Source of the DNA: Heterodontus francisci
Taxonomy: Eukaryota
Assembly: GCF_036365525.1 (NCBI RefSeq)
Contig: NC_090409.1
Coordinates: forward strand, 40,930,437 to 40,994,436
Length of the DNA: 64,000 bases
Reading direction: 5' to 3'
Shown: piece after piece, positions 12,301 through 25,400 of the stretch
Layout: every line of letters starts with the position of its first letter
Numbering within the stretch: the first letter of the stretch is position 1
Program-made: the position numbers and the translations under genes
The notes under the pieces: model-generated
What the model was told of the DNA's origin: nothing
Database searches by the model: none
Seen by the model: the letters and a program-made list of their open reading frames with translations, nothing else

Positions 12301-15300
12301 CAGACTGGAATCTAATCGAGGGGTTCGGGGTGGTTTATATATAGAATAACAGATACCCGGCAGTGAGTTACAGACTGGAATCTAATCGAGGGGTTGGGGG
12401 GATTTATATATAGAATAGCAGATACCCGGGAGTGAGTTACAGACTGGAATCTAATCGAGGGGTTCGGGGGGTTTATATATAGAATAACAGATAACTGGGA
12501 GTGAGTTACAGACTGGAATCTAATCGAGGGGTTCGAGGGCTTTATATATAGAATAACAGATACCCGGGAGTGAGATACAGACTGGAATCTAATCGAGGGG
12601 TTCGGGGTGGTTTATATATAGAATAACAGATACCCTGCAGTGAGTTACAGACTGGAATCTAATCGAGGGGTTCGGTGGGGTTTATATATAGAATAACAGA
12701 TACCCGGGAGTGAGTTACAGAATGGAATCCAATCGAGGGGTTCGAGGGCTTTATATATAGAATAACAGATACCCGGGAGTGAGTTACAGACTGGAATCTA
12801 ATCGAGGGGTTGGGGGGGTTTATATATAGAATAACAGATACCCGGGAGTGAGTTACAGACTGGAATCTAATCGAGGGGTTCGGGGGGTTTATATATAGAA
12901 TAACAGATAACCAGGAGTAAGTTACAGACTGGAACCTAATCGAGGGGTTCGGGGGGTTTATATATAGAATAACAGATACCCGGGTGTGAGTTACGGACTG
13001 GAAACTAATCGAGGGGTTCGGTGGGGTTAATATATAGAATAACAGATACCCGGGAGTGAGTTACAGACTGGAATCTAATCGAGGGGTTCGGGTGGTTTAT
13101 ATATCGAATAACAGATACCCGGGAGTGAGTTACAGACTGGAATCTAATCGAGGAGTTCGGGGGGTTTATATATAGAATAACAAATACCCGGGAGTGATTT
13201 ACAGACTGGAATCTCATCGAGGGGTTAGGGTGGTTTATATGCAGAATAACAGATACCCGGGAGTGAGTTACAGACTGGAATCTAATCGAAGGGTTCGGGT
13301 GGTTTATATATAGAATAACAGATACCCGGGAGTGAGTTACAGACTGGAATCTAATCGAGGGGTTCGGGTGGTTTATATATAGAATAACAGATACCCGGGA
13401 GTGAGTTACAGACTGGAATCTAATCGAGGGGTTCGGGTGGTTTATATATAGAATAACAGATACCCGGGAGTGAGTTACAGACTGGAATCTAATCGAGGGG
13501 TTAGGGTGGTTTATATATAGAATAACAGAAACCCGGAAGTGAGTTACAGACTGGAATCTAATCGAGGGGTTCGGGTGGTTGACATATAGAAAGACAGAAA
13601 CCCGGAAGTGAGTTACAGACTGGAATCTAATCGAGGGGTTCGGGTGGTTTATATATAGAATAACAGAAACCCGGAAGTGAGTTACAGACTGGAATCTAAT
13701 CGAGGGGTTCGGGTGGTTTATATATAGAATAACAGATACCCGGGAGTGAGTTACAGACTGGAATCTAATCGAGGGGTTAGGGTGGTTTATATATAGAATA
13801 ACAGAAACCCGGGACTGAGTTACAGACTGGAATCTAATCGAGGGGTTCGGGGGGTTTATATATAGAATAACAGATACCCGGGAGTGAGTTACAGACTGGA
13901 ATCTAATCGAGGGGTTCGGGGGGTTTATATATAGAATAACAGATAACCGGGAGTAAGTTACAGACTGGAATCTAATCGAGGGGTTCGAGGGCTTTATATA
14001 TAGAATAACAGATACCCGGGAGTGAGTTACAGACTGGAATCTAATCGAGGGGTTCGGGGGGTTTATATACAGAATAACAGATACCCGGGAGTGAGATACA
14101 GACTGGAATCTAATCGAGGGGTTCGGGGTGGATTATATATAGAATAACAGATACCCGGCAGTGAGTTACAGACTGAAATCTAATCGAGGGGTTCGAGGGC
14201 TTTATATATAGAATAACAGATACCCGGGAGTGAGATACAGACTGGAATCTAATCGAGGGGTTGGGGGGGTTTATATATAGAATAGCAGATACCCGGGAAT
14301 GAGTTACAGACTGGAATCTAATCGAGGGGTTCGGGGGGTTTATATATAGAATAACAGATGCCCGGGAGAGAGTTACAGACTGGAATCTAATCGAGCGGTT
14401 CGGGGGTTTATATATAAAATAACAGATACCCGGGAGTGAGTTACAGACTGGAAACTAATCGAGGGGTTCGGGGTGTTTATATATAGAATAACAGATACCC
14501 GGGAGTGAGTTGCAGACTGGAATCCAATCGAGGGGTTCGGGGGGTTTATATATAGAATAACAGATAACCGGGAGTAAGTTACAGACTGGAACCTAATCGA
14601 GGGGTTCGGGGGGTTTCTATATAGAATAACAGATACCCGGGATTGAGTTACAAACTGGAATCGAATCGAGGGGTTCGGGGGGTTTATATATAGAATAACA
14701 GATACCCGGGTGTGAGTTACGGACTGGAAACTAATCGAGGGGCTCGGTGGGGTTAATATATAGAATAACAGATACCCGGGATTGAGTTACAGACTGGAAT
14801 CGAATCGAGGGGTTCGGGGGGTTTATATATAGAATAACAGATACCCGGGAGTGAGTTACAGACTGGAATCTAATCGAGGGGTTCGGGTGGTTTATATATA
14901 GAATAACAGATACCCGGGAGTGAGTTACAGACTGGAATCTAATCGACGAGTTCGGGGGGTTTATATATAGAATAACAAATACCCGGGAGTGAGTAACAGA
15001 CTGGAATCTAATCGAGGGGTTCGGGGGGTTTATATATAGAACAACAGATACCCGGGAGTGAGTTACAGACTGGAATCTCATCGAGGGGTTAGGGTGGTTT
15101 ATATGCAGAATAACAGATACCCGGGAGTGAGTTACAGACTGGAATCTAATCGAAGGGTTCGGGTGGTTTATATATAGAATAACAGATACCCGGGAGTGAG
15201 TTACAGACTGGAATTTAATCGAGGGGTTCGGGTGGTTTATATATAGAATAACAGAAACCCGGGAGTGAGTTACAGACTGGAATATCATCGAGGGGTTCGG

Positions 15301-18300
15301 GTGGTTTACATATAGAAAGACAGAAACCCGGAAGTGAGTTACAGACTGGAATCTAATCGAGGGGTTAGGGTGGTTTATATATAGAATAACAGATACCCGG
15401 GAGTGAGTTACAGACTGGAATCTAATCGAGGGGTTAGGGTGGTTTATATATAGAATAACAGAAACCCGGGAGTGAGTTACAGACTGGAATCTAATCGAGG
15501 GGTTCGGGGTGGTTTATATATAGAATAACAGATACCCGGGAGTGAGTTACAGACTGGAATCTAATCGAGGGGTACGGGTGGTTTATATATAGAATAACAG
15601 ATACCCGGGAGTGAGTTACAGACTGGAATCTAATCGAGGGGTTAGGGTGGTTTATATATAGAATAACAGATACCCGGGAGTGAGTTACAGACTGGAATCT
15701 AATCGAGGGGTTAGGGTGGTTTATATATAGAATAACAGAAACCCGGGAGTGAGTTACAGACTGGAATCTAATCGAGGGGTTCAAGTGCTTTATATATAGA
15801 ATAGCAGATACCCGGGAGTGAGTTACAGACTGGAATCGAATCGAGGGGTTAGGGTGGTTTATATATAGAATAACAGAAACCCGGGAGTGAGTTACAGACT
15901 GGAATCTAATCGAGGGGTTCAAGTGCTTTATATATAGAATAGCAGATACCCGGGAGTGAGTTACAGACTGGAATCTAATCGAGGGGTTCGGGGGGTTTAT
16001 ATATAGAATAACAGATACCCGGGAGTGAGTTACAGACTGGAATCGAATCGAGGGGTTCGGGGGGTTTATATATAGAATAACAGATACCCGGGAGTGAGTT
16101 ACAGACTGGAATCTAATCGAGGGGTTCGGGGGGTTTATATATAGAATATCAAACACCCGGGAGTGAGTAACAGACTGGAATCTAATCGAGGGGTTAGGGG
16201 GGTTTATATATAGAACAACAGATACTCGGGAGTGAGTTACAGACTGGAATCTCATCGAGGGGTTAGGGTGGTTTATATGTAGAATAACAGAGACCCGGGA
16301 GTGAGTTACAGACTGGAATCTAATCAATGGGTTCGGGGGGGGTTTATATATAGAATAACAGATACCTGGGAGTGAGTTACAGACTGGAATCTAATCGAAG
16401 GGATCGGGTGGTTTATATATAGAATAACAGATACCCGGGAGTGAGTTACATACTGGAATCTAATCGAGGGGTTCGGGTGGTTTATATATAGAATAACAGA
16501 AACCCGGGAGTGAGTTCCAGAGTGGAATATCATCGAGGGGTTCGGGTGGTGTCAATATAGAATAACAGAAACTCGTGAGTGAGTTACAGACTGGAATCTA
16601 ATCGAGGGGTTCGGGGGGTTTATATATAGAATAACAGATACCCGGGAGTGAGTTACAGACAGGAATCGAATCGAGGGGTTCGGGGGGTTTATATATAGAA
16701 TAACAGATAACCGGGAGTAAGTTACAGACTGGAATCTAATCGAGGGGTTCGGGAGGGTTTTGAAATAGAATAACAGATACCCGGGAGTGAGTTACAGACT
16801 GGAATCTAATCGAGGGGTTCGGGTGGTTTATATATAGAATAACAGATACCCGGGAGTGAGTTACAGACTGGAATCTAATCGAGGGGTTCGGGTGGTTTAT
16901 ATATAGAATAACAGATACCCGGGAATGAGTTACAGACTGGAATCTAATCGAGGGTTTCGAGGGGTTTACATAGAGAATAACAGATACCCGGAAGTGAGTT
17001 ACAGACTGGAATCTAATCGAGGGGTTCGGGGGGGTTGAGATATAGAATAACAGATACCCGGAAGTGAGTTACAGACTGGAATCTAATCGAGGGGTTCGGG
17101 AGTGTTTAGAAATAGAATAACAGATACCCGGGAGTGAGTTACAGACTGGAATCTAATCGAAGGGTTCGGGTGGTTTATATATGGAATAACAGATACCCGG
17201 GAGTGAGTTACAGACTGGAATCTAATCGAGGGGTTGGGGGGGGTTTATATATAGAATAGCAGATACCCGGGAGTGAGTTACAGACTGGAATCTAATCGAG
17301 GGGTTCGGGGTGGTTTATATATAGAATAACAGATACCCGGGAGTGAGTTACAGACTGGAATCTAATCGAGGGGTTGGGGGGGTTTATATATAGAATAGCA
17401 GATACCCGGGAGTGAGTTACAGACTGGAATCTAATCGAGGGGTTCGGGGGGTTTATATATAGAATAACAGATACCCGGGAGTGAGTTACAGACTGGAATC
17501 TAATCGAGGGGACCGGGGGGTTTATATATAGAATAACAGATACCCGGGAGTGAGTTACAGACTGGAATCTAATCGAGGGGTTCGGGGGGTTTACATATAG
17601 AATAACAGATACCCGGGAGTGAGTTACAGACTGGAATCTTATCGATTGGTTCGGGGGGTTTACATATAGAATAACAGATACCCGGGAGTGAGTTACAGAC
17701 TGGAATCTAATCGAGGGGTTCGGGGGGTTTACATATAGAATAACAGATACCCGGGAGTGAGTTACAGACTGGAATCTAATCGAGGGGTTCGGGGGGTTTA
17801 CATATAGAATAACAGATACCCGGGAGTGAGTTACAGACTGGAATCTAATCGAGGGGTTCGGGGGGTTTACATATAGAATAGCAGATACCCGGGAGTGAGT
17901 TACAGACTGGAATCTAATCGAGGGGTTCGAGGGCTTTATATATAGAATAGCAGATACCCGGGAGTGAGTTACAGACTGGAATCTAATCGAGGGGTTCGGG
18001 GGGTTTATATATAGAATAACAGATACCCGGGAGTGAGTTACAGACTGGAATCTAATCGAGGGGTTTATATATAGAATAACAGATACCCGGGAGTGAGTTA
18101 CAGACTGGAATCGAATCGAGGGGTTCGGGGGGTTAATATATAGAATAACAGATACCCGGGAGTGAGTTACAGACTGGAATCTAATCGAGGGGTTCGGGTG
18201 GTTTATATATAGAATAACAGTTACCCGGGAGTGAGTTACAGACTGGAATCTAATCGAGGGGTTCGGGGGGTTTATATATAGAATAACAAATACCCGGGAG

Positions 18301-21300
18301 TGAGTAACAGACTGGAATCTAATCGAGGGGTTCGGGGGGTTTATATATAGAACAACAGATGCCCAGAGTGAGCTACAGACTGGAATCTAATCGAGGGGTT
18401 ACGGTGGTTTATATGTAGAATAACAGTTACCCGGGAGTGAGTTACAGACTGGAATCTAACCGAAGGGTTCGGGTGGTTTATATATAGAATAACAGATACC
18501 CGGGAGTGAGTTACATACTGGAATCTAATCGAGGGGTTCGGGTGGTTTATATATAGAATAACAGAAACCCGGGAGTGAGTTACAGACTGGAATCTAATCG
18601 AGGGGTTCGGGTGGTTTATATATAGAATAACAGAAACCCGGGAGTGAGTTACGGACTGGAAACTAATCGAGGGGTTCGGTGGGGTTTATATATAGAATAA
18701 CAGATACCCGGGAGTGAGTTACAGACTGGAATCTAATCGAGGGGTTTATATATAGAATAACAGATACCCGGGAGTGAGTTACAGACTGGAATCTAATCGA
18801 GGGGTTAGGGTGCTTTATATATAGAATAACAGAAACACGGGAGTGAGTTACAGACTGGAATCTAATCGAGGGGTTCGGGGGGTTTATATATAGAATAACA
18901 GAAACCCGGAAGTGAGTTACAGACTGGAATCTAATCGAGGGGTTCGGGGTGCTTTATACATAGAATAACAGATACCCGGCAGTGAGTCACAGACTGGAAT
19001 CTAATCGAGGGGTTCGGGAGGGTTTAGAAATACAGAATAACAGATACCCGGGAGTGAGTTACAGACTGGAATCTAATCGAGGGGTTCGGGGGGTTTATAT
19101 ATAGAATAACAGATACCCGGGAGTGAGTTACAGACTGGAATCTAATCGAGGGGTTCGGGGGGTTTATATATAAAATAACAGATACCCGGGAGTGAGTTAC
19201 AGACTGGAATCTAATCGAGGGGTTCGAGGGCTTTATATATAGAATAACAGATACCCGGGAGTCAGTTACAGACTGGAATCTAATCGAGGGGTTTGGGGTG
19301 GTTTATATATAGAATAACAGATACCTGGGAGTGAGTTACAGACTGGAATCTAATCGAGGGGTTCGGGGGGTTTATATATAGAATAATAGATACCCGGGAG
19401 TGAGTTACAGACTGGAATCTAATCGAGGGGTTCGGGTGGTTTTATATATAGAATAACAGATACCCGGGAGTGAGTTACAGACTGGAATCTAATCGAGGGG
19501 TTCGGGGGGTTTATATATAGAATAACAGATACCCGGGAGTGAGTTACAGACTGGAATCTAATCGAGGGGTTGGGGGGGTTTATATACAGAATAGCAGATA
19601 CCAGGAGTGAGTTACAGACTGGAATCTAATCGAGGGGTTCGAATGCTTTATATATAGAATAGCAGATACCCGGGAGTGAGTTACAGACTGGAATCTTATC
19701 GAGGGGTTCGGGGGGTTTATATATAGAATAACAGATACCCGGGAGTGAGTTACAGACTGGAATCTAATCGAGGGGTTTGGGGTGGTTTATATATAGAATA
19801 ACAGATACCCGGGAGTGAGTTACAGACTGGAATCTAATCGAGGGGTTTGGGGTGGTTTATATATAGAATAACAGATACCTGGGAGTGAGTTACAGACTGG
19901 AATCTAATCGAGGGGTTCGGGGGGTTTATATATAGAATAACAGATACCCGGGAGTGAGTTACAGACTGGAATCTAATCGAGGGGTTCGGGTGGTTTATAT
20001 ATAGAATAACAGATACCCGGGAGTGAGTTACAGACTGGAATCTAATCGAGGGGTTCGGGGGGGTTTATATATAGAATAACAGATACCCGGGAGTGAGTTA
20101 CAGACTGGAATCTAATCGAGGGGTTGGGGGGGTTTATATACAGAATAGCAGATACCAGGAGTGAGTTACAGACTGGAATCTAATCGAGGGGTTCGAATGC
20201 TTTATATATAGAATAGCAGATACCCGGGAGTGAGTTACAGACTGGAATCTTATCGAGGGGTTCGGGGGGTTTATATATAGAATAACAGATACCCGGGAGT
20301 GAGTTACAGACTGGAATCTAATCGAGGGGTTCGGGGGGTTTATATATAGAATAACAGATACCCGGGAGTGAGTTACAGACTGGAATCTAATCGAGGGGTT
20401 CGGGGGGTTTATATATAGAATAACAGATACCCGGGAGTGAGTTACAGACTGGAATCTAATCGAGGGGATCGGCGGGTTTTATATATAGAATAACTGATAT
20501 CCGGGAGTGAGTTGCAGACTGGAATCTAATCGAGGGTGTAGGTAAGGTTCTTTAGGTGCGGGAAAGTCACCCGGCGGACATTAATTCCCCTTTGGTAACG
20601 GGTTATTTCTTTCCCCGATGATTGAACTGATCCAGGTCGCTCTCAGTTTAATTCAGCAAATCAGCTTCTGCCATTGGACGGGTCAGTCTGTTGCAAAGGT
20701 CTGGAGGTTCTCCTGGAAATGACGATGGCCCTCGACATCAAAACCCGATGTGGATGTAAACACTTGGGCAGGTCCTCCCTCACCTTATTCTATAGAACCA
20801 ACAGCCTTCACAAAACTAATCAAATCCCTTCATTAGCTCATCAAACTCAATCAACAGTGACTTGGCGAGCCCATGCAGCCCTCTTGAGCCTGTTCCGTCG
20901 TTCTGTGGGATCACAGCTGAGTTGTATCCCTGTTCCAGCAACTCTTTCGGCTTCAAATCCGCCAATCATTTCCAACCGGGTGGAGGCTGTCGTCGTGCCA
21001 CGTCATTGACTGTGATGATGCGTCCAACTGGGAATGGACCCTCGTCACCGAGGGTATTATCCTGCAGAGTTCAGTGTTTGCTGTGTCTCAGTGTGTTTAA
21101 TGCACTCACTCGCCTCTGATTGAGACTGCCGCAGGCTGGAGACCCCATCCCCACCCCCAACTCCAGAGACTTGAGCCCCAGAATCCGGTCAAACACTCAC
21201 AGTGCAGTGCTGAGGGAGTGCCGCACTGTCGGAGGGTCAGTGCTGAGGGAGTGCTGCAATGTCAGAGGGTCAGTACTGAGGGAGCGCTGCAATGTCGGAG

Positions 21301-22257
21301 GGTCAGTACTGAGGGAGTGCTGCAATGTCAGAGGGTCAGTACTGAGGGAGCGCTGCACTGTCGGAGGGTCAGTACTGAGAGAGTGCTGCACTGTCGGAGG
21401 GTCAATACTGAGGGAGTGCCGCACTGTCGGAGGTTCCGTCTTTCAGATGAGACATTAAACCGAGACCCCCATCTTCCCTCTCAGGTGGGTGTAAAAGATC
21501 TCACGGCCACTATTTGGAAGAAGAGCGGGGGGAGGGAGTTCTCCCCGGTGTCCTGGGGACAATATTTATCCCTCAAACAAAATCACTAAAAAAAAAACAG
21601 ATGATCTGGGTCATTATCTCATTGCTGTTTGTGGGATCTTGCTGTGCGCAAATTGGCTGCTGCGTTTCCTACATTACAACAGTGAGCACACTTCAAAAAA
21701 CAAGTCCTTGATTGGCTTTGAAGCTTTGGGACGTTCTGATGTTATTTTTACATTTTTTTTTTAGAGATACAGCACTGAAACAGGCCCTTCGGCCCACCGA
21801 GCCTGTGCCGACCATCAACCACCCATTTATGCTAATCCTGCACTAATTCCATATTTCTATCACATCCCCACCTGTCCCTATATTACCCTACCACCTACCT
21901 GTACTAGGGGCAATTTATAATGGCCAATTTACCTATCAACCTGCAAGTCTTTGGCATGTGGGAGGAAACCGGAGCACCCGGAGAAAACCCACGCAGACAC
22001 AGGGAGAACTTGCAAACTCCACACAGGCAGTACCCGGAATCGAACCCGGGTCGCTGGAGCTGTGAGGCTGCGGTGCTAACCACTGCGCCACTGTGTTAGA
22101 ACTTCCTGGAGAAATGCAAAGTATGTCTTTTCCAGAGTTTTGTTCCTACTTTTAATAAGAATTCCTTCCTGTTATTTTTACAGCACACACATTGCCGACT
22201 GGTCCGGGAGCTTTGCTGATGACTGCACTCCTTGTATGTCTGTCTGTTCAACACTAG
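3319..22257 (+). CDS. Gene A: predicted GPI-anchored single Ig V-like domain protein (CD2/CD48/Thy-1-like architecture), 157 aa; join(3319..3382,5823..6086,9289..9360,22184..22257)
   Basis: Four exons with canonical AG/GT boundaries and phase-1 introns splice to an open 474-nt frame: MNVIGTVIGFSLILQTVSAAE-DVQSACRGNSLTMTFRKCVHNSTRPVLKKKLKTICSFVTCTDKSYRVYFNKSECFNVDIPKFSDTHADNYFLEHGTNEPQITKGLRVQ-NCSLPSPESTGGTVNEQKRLNAAS-AHTLPTGPGALLMTALLVCLSVQH*. The family assignment is inferred from architecture only. Confidence 0.75.
3661..4017 (+). repeat. 50-bp tandem repeat, about 7 copies
   Basis: Unit gtgggattagtttggggattgatacagggctatggggagagagcggggca; resembles a CR1 3' UTR segment. Confidence 0.9.
4650..5760 (+). 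mobile_element. CR1 ORF2 fragments interrupted by a partial HE1-type SINE (about 5140-5353)
   Basis: [20 protein letters not shown] and QRVVRMWNSLP segments; SINE tail gggccgaagggcctgtttcagtgctgtatctctaaacta. Confidence 0.8.
5823..6086 (+). CDS. Gene A Ig V-like domain exon
   Basis: tttctgtttcag|AT ... CAA A|gtgagt; 264 nt, phase 1-1, open. Strand pattern G-N-S-L-T-M and F-N-V-D-I...D-N-Y-F-L-E resembles CD2-family N-terminal domains that lack the F-strand Cys. Confidence 0.75.
6125..6500 (+). mobile_element. CR1 3' fragment (second subfamily; also at about 43310-43715, 54240-54850 and 56243-56490)
   Basis: Shared gagagggtgcggagggagatttaccggaatggtccc...gtgatctggaacgcgctgcctgaaagggcggtgg sequence. 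Confidence 0.8.
6625..7305 (+). mobile_element. L2 LINE 3' end with a 37-bp tandem expansion (about 6678-6979)
   Basis: [20 protein letters not shown]...LRS...[16 protein letters not shown]...LLKT-type L2 ORF2 C-terminus; unit ccctatctctgtaacctcctccagcccctacaaccct. Confidence 0.8.
7392..8870 (+). mobile_element. Penelope-like retroelement remnant with GIY-YIG endonuclease and inverted pseudo-LTRs
   Basis: ORF 8117-8446 FTCTSFNVVYCIRCSQCGLLYTGETKRRLGDRLAEH and upstream RVPLVLTFHP; about 7430-7650 is the reverse complement of about 8640-8870. Confidence 0.88.
8878..9219 (-). mobile_element. HE1-type tRNA-derived V-SINE, full length
   Basis: Reverse complement reads gcacagtggcgcagtggttagcaccgcagcctcacagctccagcgacccgggttcgattcc (A/B boxes), then the V-domain gggtttcctccgggtgctccggtttcctcccac. 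Confidence 0.9.
9289..9360 (+). CDS. Gene A stalk exon
   Basis: tttatattccag|AT ... TCAG|gtaaag; 72 nt, phase 1-1; NCSLPSPESTGGTVNEQKRLNAAS, in a short unique island between a SINE and the satellite. Confidence 0.7.
9435..20537. repeat. 69-bp satellite array, about 160 copies, in intron 3 of gene A
   Basis: Unit gaataacagatacccgggagtgagttacagactggaatctaatcgaggggttcggggggtttatatata; 23-aa periodicity in the spurious ORFs. Confidence 0.97.
21125..21745 (+). mobile_element. Deu-domain SINE with 33-bp expansion (about 21205-21432)
   Basis: Same unit and core as 2622-3295, with a degenerate head. Confidence 0.8.
21760..22096 (-). mobile_element. HE1-type V-SINE
   Basis: Highly similar to 8878-9219. 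Confidence 0.9.
22184..22257 (+). CDS. Gene A GPI-signal exon with stop codon
   Basis: gttatttttacag|CA ... CAC TAG|gtgagt; spacer plus terminal hydrophobic stretch (GALLMTALLVCLSV) and no cytoplasmic tail. Confidence 0.75.
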
Positions 22258-22489
22258 GTGAGTCTGATGTATATATTATATCACACCCCACAATGTCCTT
22301 GGACCTGTGAACCTCCTTAAACAACTTCACCTGAAGACATAGAGAGACAGGGATGCACAGTGCTTAAAAGGGCCCAACATCACCAGTTCATCGCACTGGG
22401 ACGTCTAATCTGTGCTTTAGTCTTGCAGTGGGTGCACTGTCTCGGCAGAACCGTCTAGACAATAACTGGACAAGAGGCTGAGGTGGGCG

Positions 22490-25400
22490 GGGGGTTTAGA
22501 TATAGAATAACAGATACCCAGGAGTGAGTTACAGACTGGAATCTAATCGAGGGGTTCGGGGAGGTTTATATATAGAATAACAGATACCCGGGAGTGAGTT
22601 ACAGACTGGAATCTAATCGAGGGGTTCGGGGTGGTTTATATATAGAATAACAGATACCCGGGAGTGAGTTACAGACTGGAATCTAATCGAGGGGTTCGGG
22701 GGGTTCATATATTGAATAACAGATACCCGGGAGTGAGTTACAGACTGGAATCTAATCGAGGGGTTCGGGGGGTTTATATATAGAATAACAGATACCCGGG
22801 TGTGAGTTACAGACTGGAATCTAATCGAGGGGTTCGGGGTGGTTTATATAGAGAATAATAGATACCCGGGAGTGAGTTACAGACTGGAATCTAATCGAGG
22901 GGTTCGGGGGGTTTATATATAGAATAACAGATACCCGGGAGTGAGTTACAGACTGGAATCTAATCGAGGGGTTCGGGAGAGGTTTATATATAGAATAACA
23001 GATACCCGGGAGTGAGTTACAGACTGGAATCTAATCGAGGGGTTCGGGGGGTTTATATATAGAATAACAGATACCCGGGAGTGAGTTACAGACTGGAATC
23101 TAATCGAGGGGTTCAGTGGGGTTCATATATAGAATAACAGATACCCGGGAGTGAGTTACAGACTGGAATCTAATCGAGGGGTTCGGGGTGGTTTCGATAT
23201 AGAATAACAGATACCCGGGAGTGAGTTACAGACTGGAATCTAATCGAGGGGTTCAGTGGGGTTCATATATAGAATAACAGATACCCGGGAGTGAGTTACA
23301 GACTGGAATCTAATTGAGGGGTTCGGGTGGTTTATATATAGAATAACAGATACCCGGGAGTGAGTTACAGACTGGAATCTAATCGAGGGGTTTGGGGTGG
23401 TTTCGATATAGAATAACAGATACCCGGGAGTGAGTTACAGACTGGAATCTAATCGAGGGGTTCGGGGGGTTTATATATAGAATAACAGATACCCGGGAGT
23501 GAGTTGCAGACTGGAATCTAATCGAGGGGTTCGGGGGGTTTATATATAGAATAACAGATACCCGGGAGTGAGTTACAGACTGGAATCTAATCGAGGGGTT
23601 CAGTGGGGTTCATATATAGAATAACAGATACCCGGGAGTGAGTTACAGACTGGAATCAAATCGAGGGGTTCGGGGTGGTTTCGATATAGAATAACAGATA
23701 CCCGGGAGTGAGTTACAGACTGGAATCTAATCGAGGGGTTCAGTGGGGTTCATATATAGAATAACAGATACCCGGGAGTGAGTTACAGACTGGAATCAAA
23801 TCGAGGGGTTCGGGGTGGTTTCGATATAGAATAACAGATACCCGGGAGTGAGTTACAGACTGGAATCGAATCGAGGGGTTCGGGGTGGTTTCGATATAGA
23901 ATAACAGATACCCGGGAGTGAGTTACAGACTGGAATCTAATCGAGGGGTTTGGGGTGGTTTCGATATAGAATAACAGATACCCGGGAGTGAGTTACAGAC
24001 TGGAATCTAATCGAGGGGTTCGGGTGGTTTTATATATAGAATAACAGATACCCGGGAGTGAGTTACAGACTGGAATCTAATCGAGGGGTTCTGGTGGTTT
24101 ATATATAGAATAACAGATACCCGGGAGTGAGTTACAGACTGGAATCTAATCGAGGGGTTCGGGTGGTTTATATATAGAATAACAGATACCCGGGAGTGAG
24201 TTACAGACTGGAATCTAATCGAGGGGTTCGGGGGGTTTATATATAGAATAACAGATACCCGGGAGTGAGTTACAGACTGGAATCTAATCGAGGGGTTTGG
24301 GGTGGTTTCGATATAGAATAACAGATACCCGGGAGTGAGTTACAGACTGGAATCTAATTGAGGGGTTCGGGTGGTTTCATATATAGAATAACAGATACCC
24401 GGGAGTGAGTTACAGACTGGAATCTAACCGAGGGGTTCGGGTGGTTTATATGCAGAATAACAGATACCCGGGAGTGAGTTACAGACTGGAATCTAATCGA
24501 GGGGTTCGGGTGGTTTATATATAGAATAACAGATACCCGGGAGCGAGTTACAGACTGGAATCTAATCGAGGGGTTCAGTGGGGTTCATATACAGAATAAC
24601 AGATACCCGGGAGTGAGTTACAGACTGGAATCTAATCGAGGGGTTCGGGTGGTTTTATATATAGAATAACAGATACCCGGAAGTGAGTTACAGACTGAAT
24701 CTAATCGAGGGGTTCGGGTGGTTTCGATATAGAATAACAGATACCCGGGAGTGAGTTACAGACTGGAATCTAATCGAGGGGTTCGGGTGGTTTTATATAT
24801 AGAATAACAGATACCCGGAAGTGAGTTACAGACTGGAATCTAATCGAGGGGTTCGGGGGGTTTATATATAGAATAACAGATACCCGGGAGTGAGTTACAG
24901 ACTGGAATCTAATCGAGGGGTTCGGGGGGGTTTATATATAGAATAACAGATGCCCGGGAGTGAGTTACAGACTGGAATCTGATCGAGGGGTTCGGGGGGT
25001 TTATATATAGAATAACAGACACCCGGGAGTGAGTTACAGACTGAAATATAATTGAGGGGTTGGGGGGGTTTATATATAGAATAACAGATACCCGGGAGTG
25101 AGTTACAGACTGGAATCTAATCGAGGGGTTCAGTGGGGTTCAAACATAGAATAACAGATACCCGGGAGTGAGTTACAGACTGGAATCTAATCGAGGGGTT
25201 CGGGGGGGGGGGTTTATATATAGAATAACAGATACCCGGGAGTGAGTTACAGACTGGAATCTAATCGAGGGGTTCGGGTGGTTTATATATAGAATAACAG
25301 ATACCCGGGAGTGAGTTACAGACTGGAATCTAATCGAGGGGTTCGGGTGGTTTATATATAGAATAACAGATACCCGGGAGTGAGTTACAGACTGGAATCT

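Noticed and set aside
20540-21120. Unique island between satellite and SINE with short plus-strand ORFs
   Set aside because: No phase-compatible exon or Ig motifs found on either strand.
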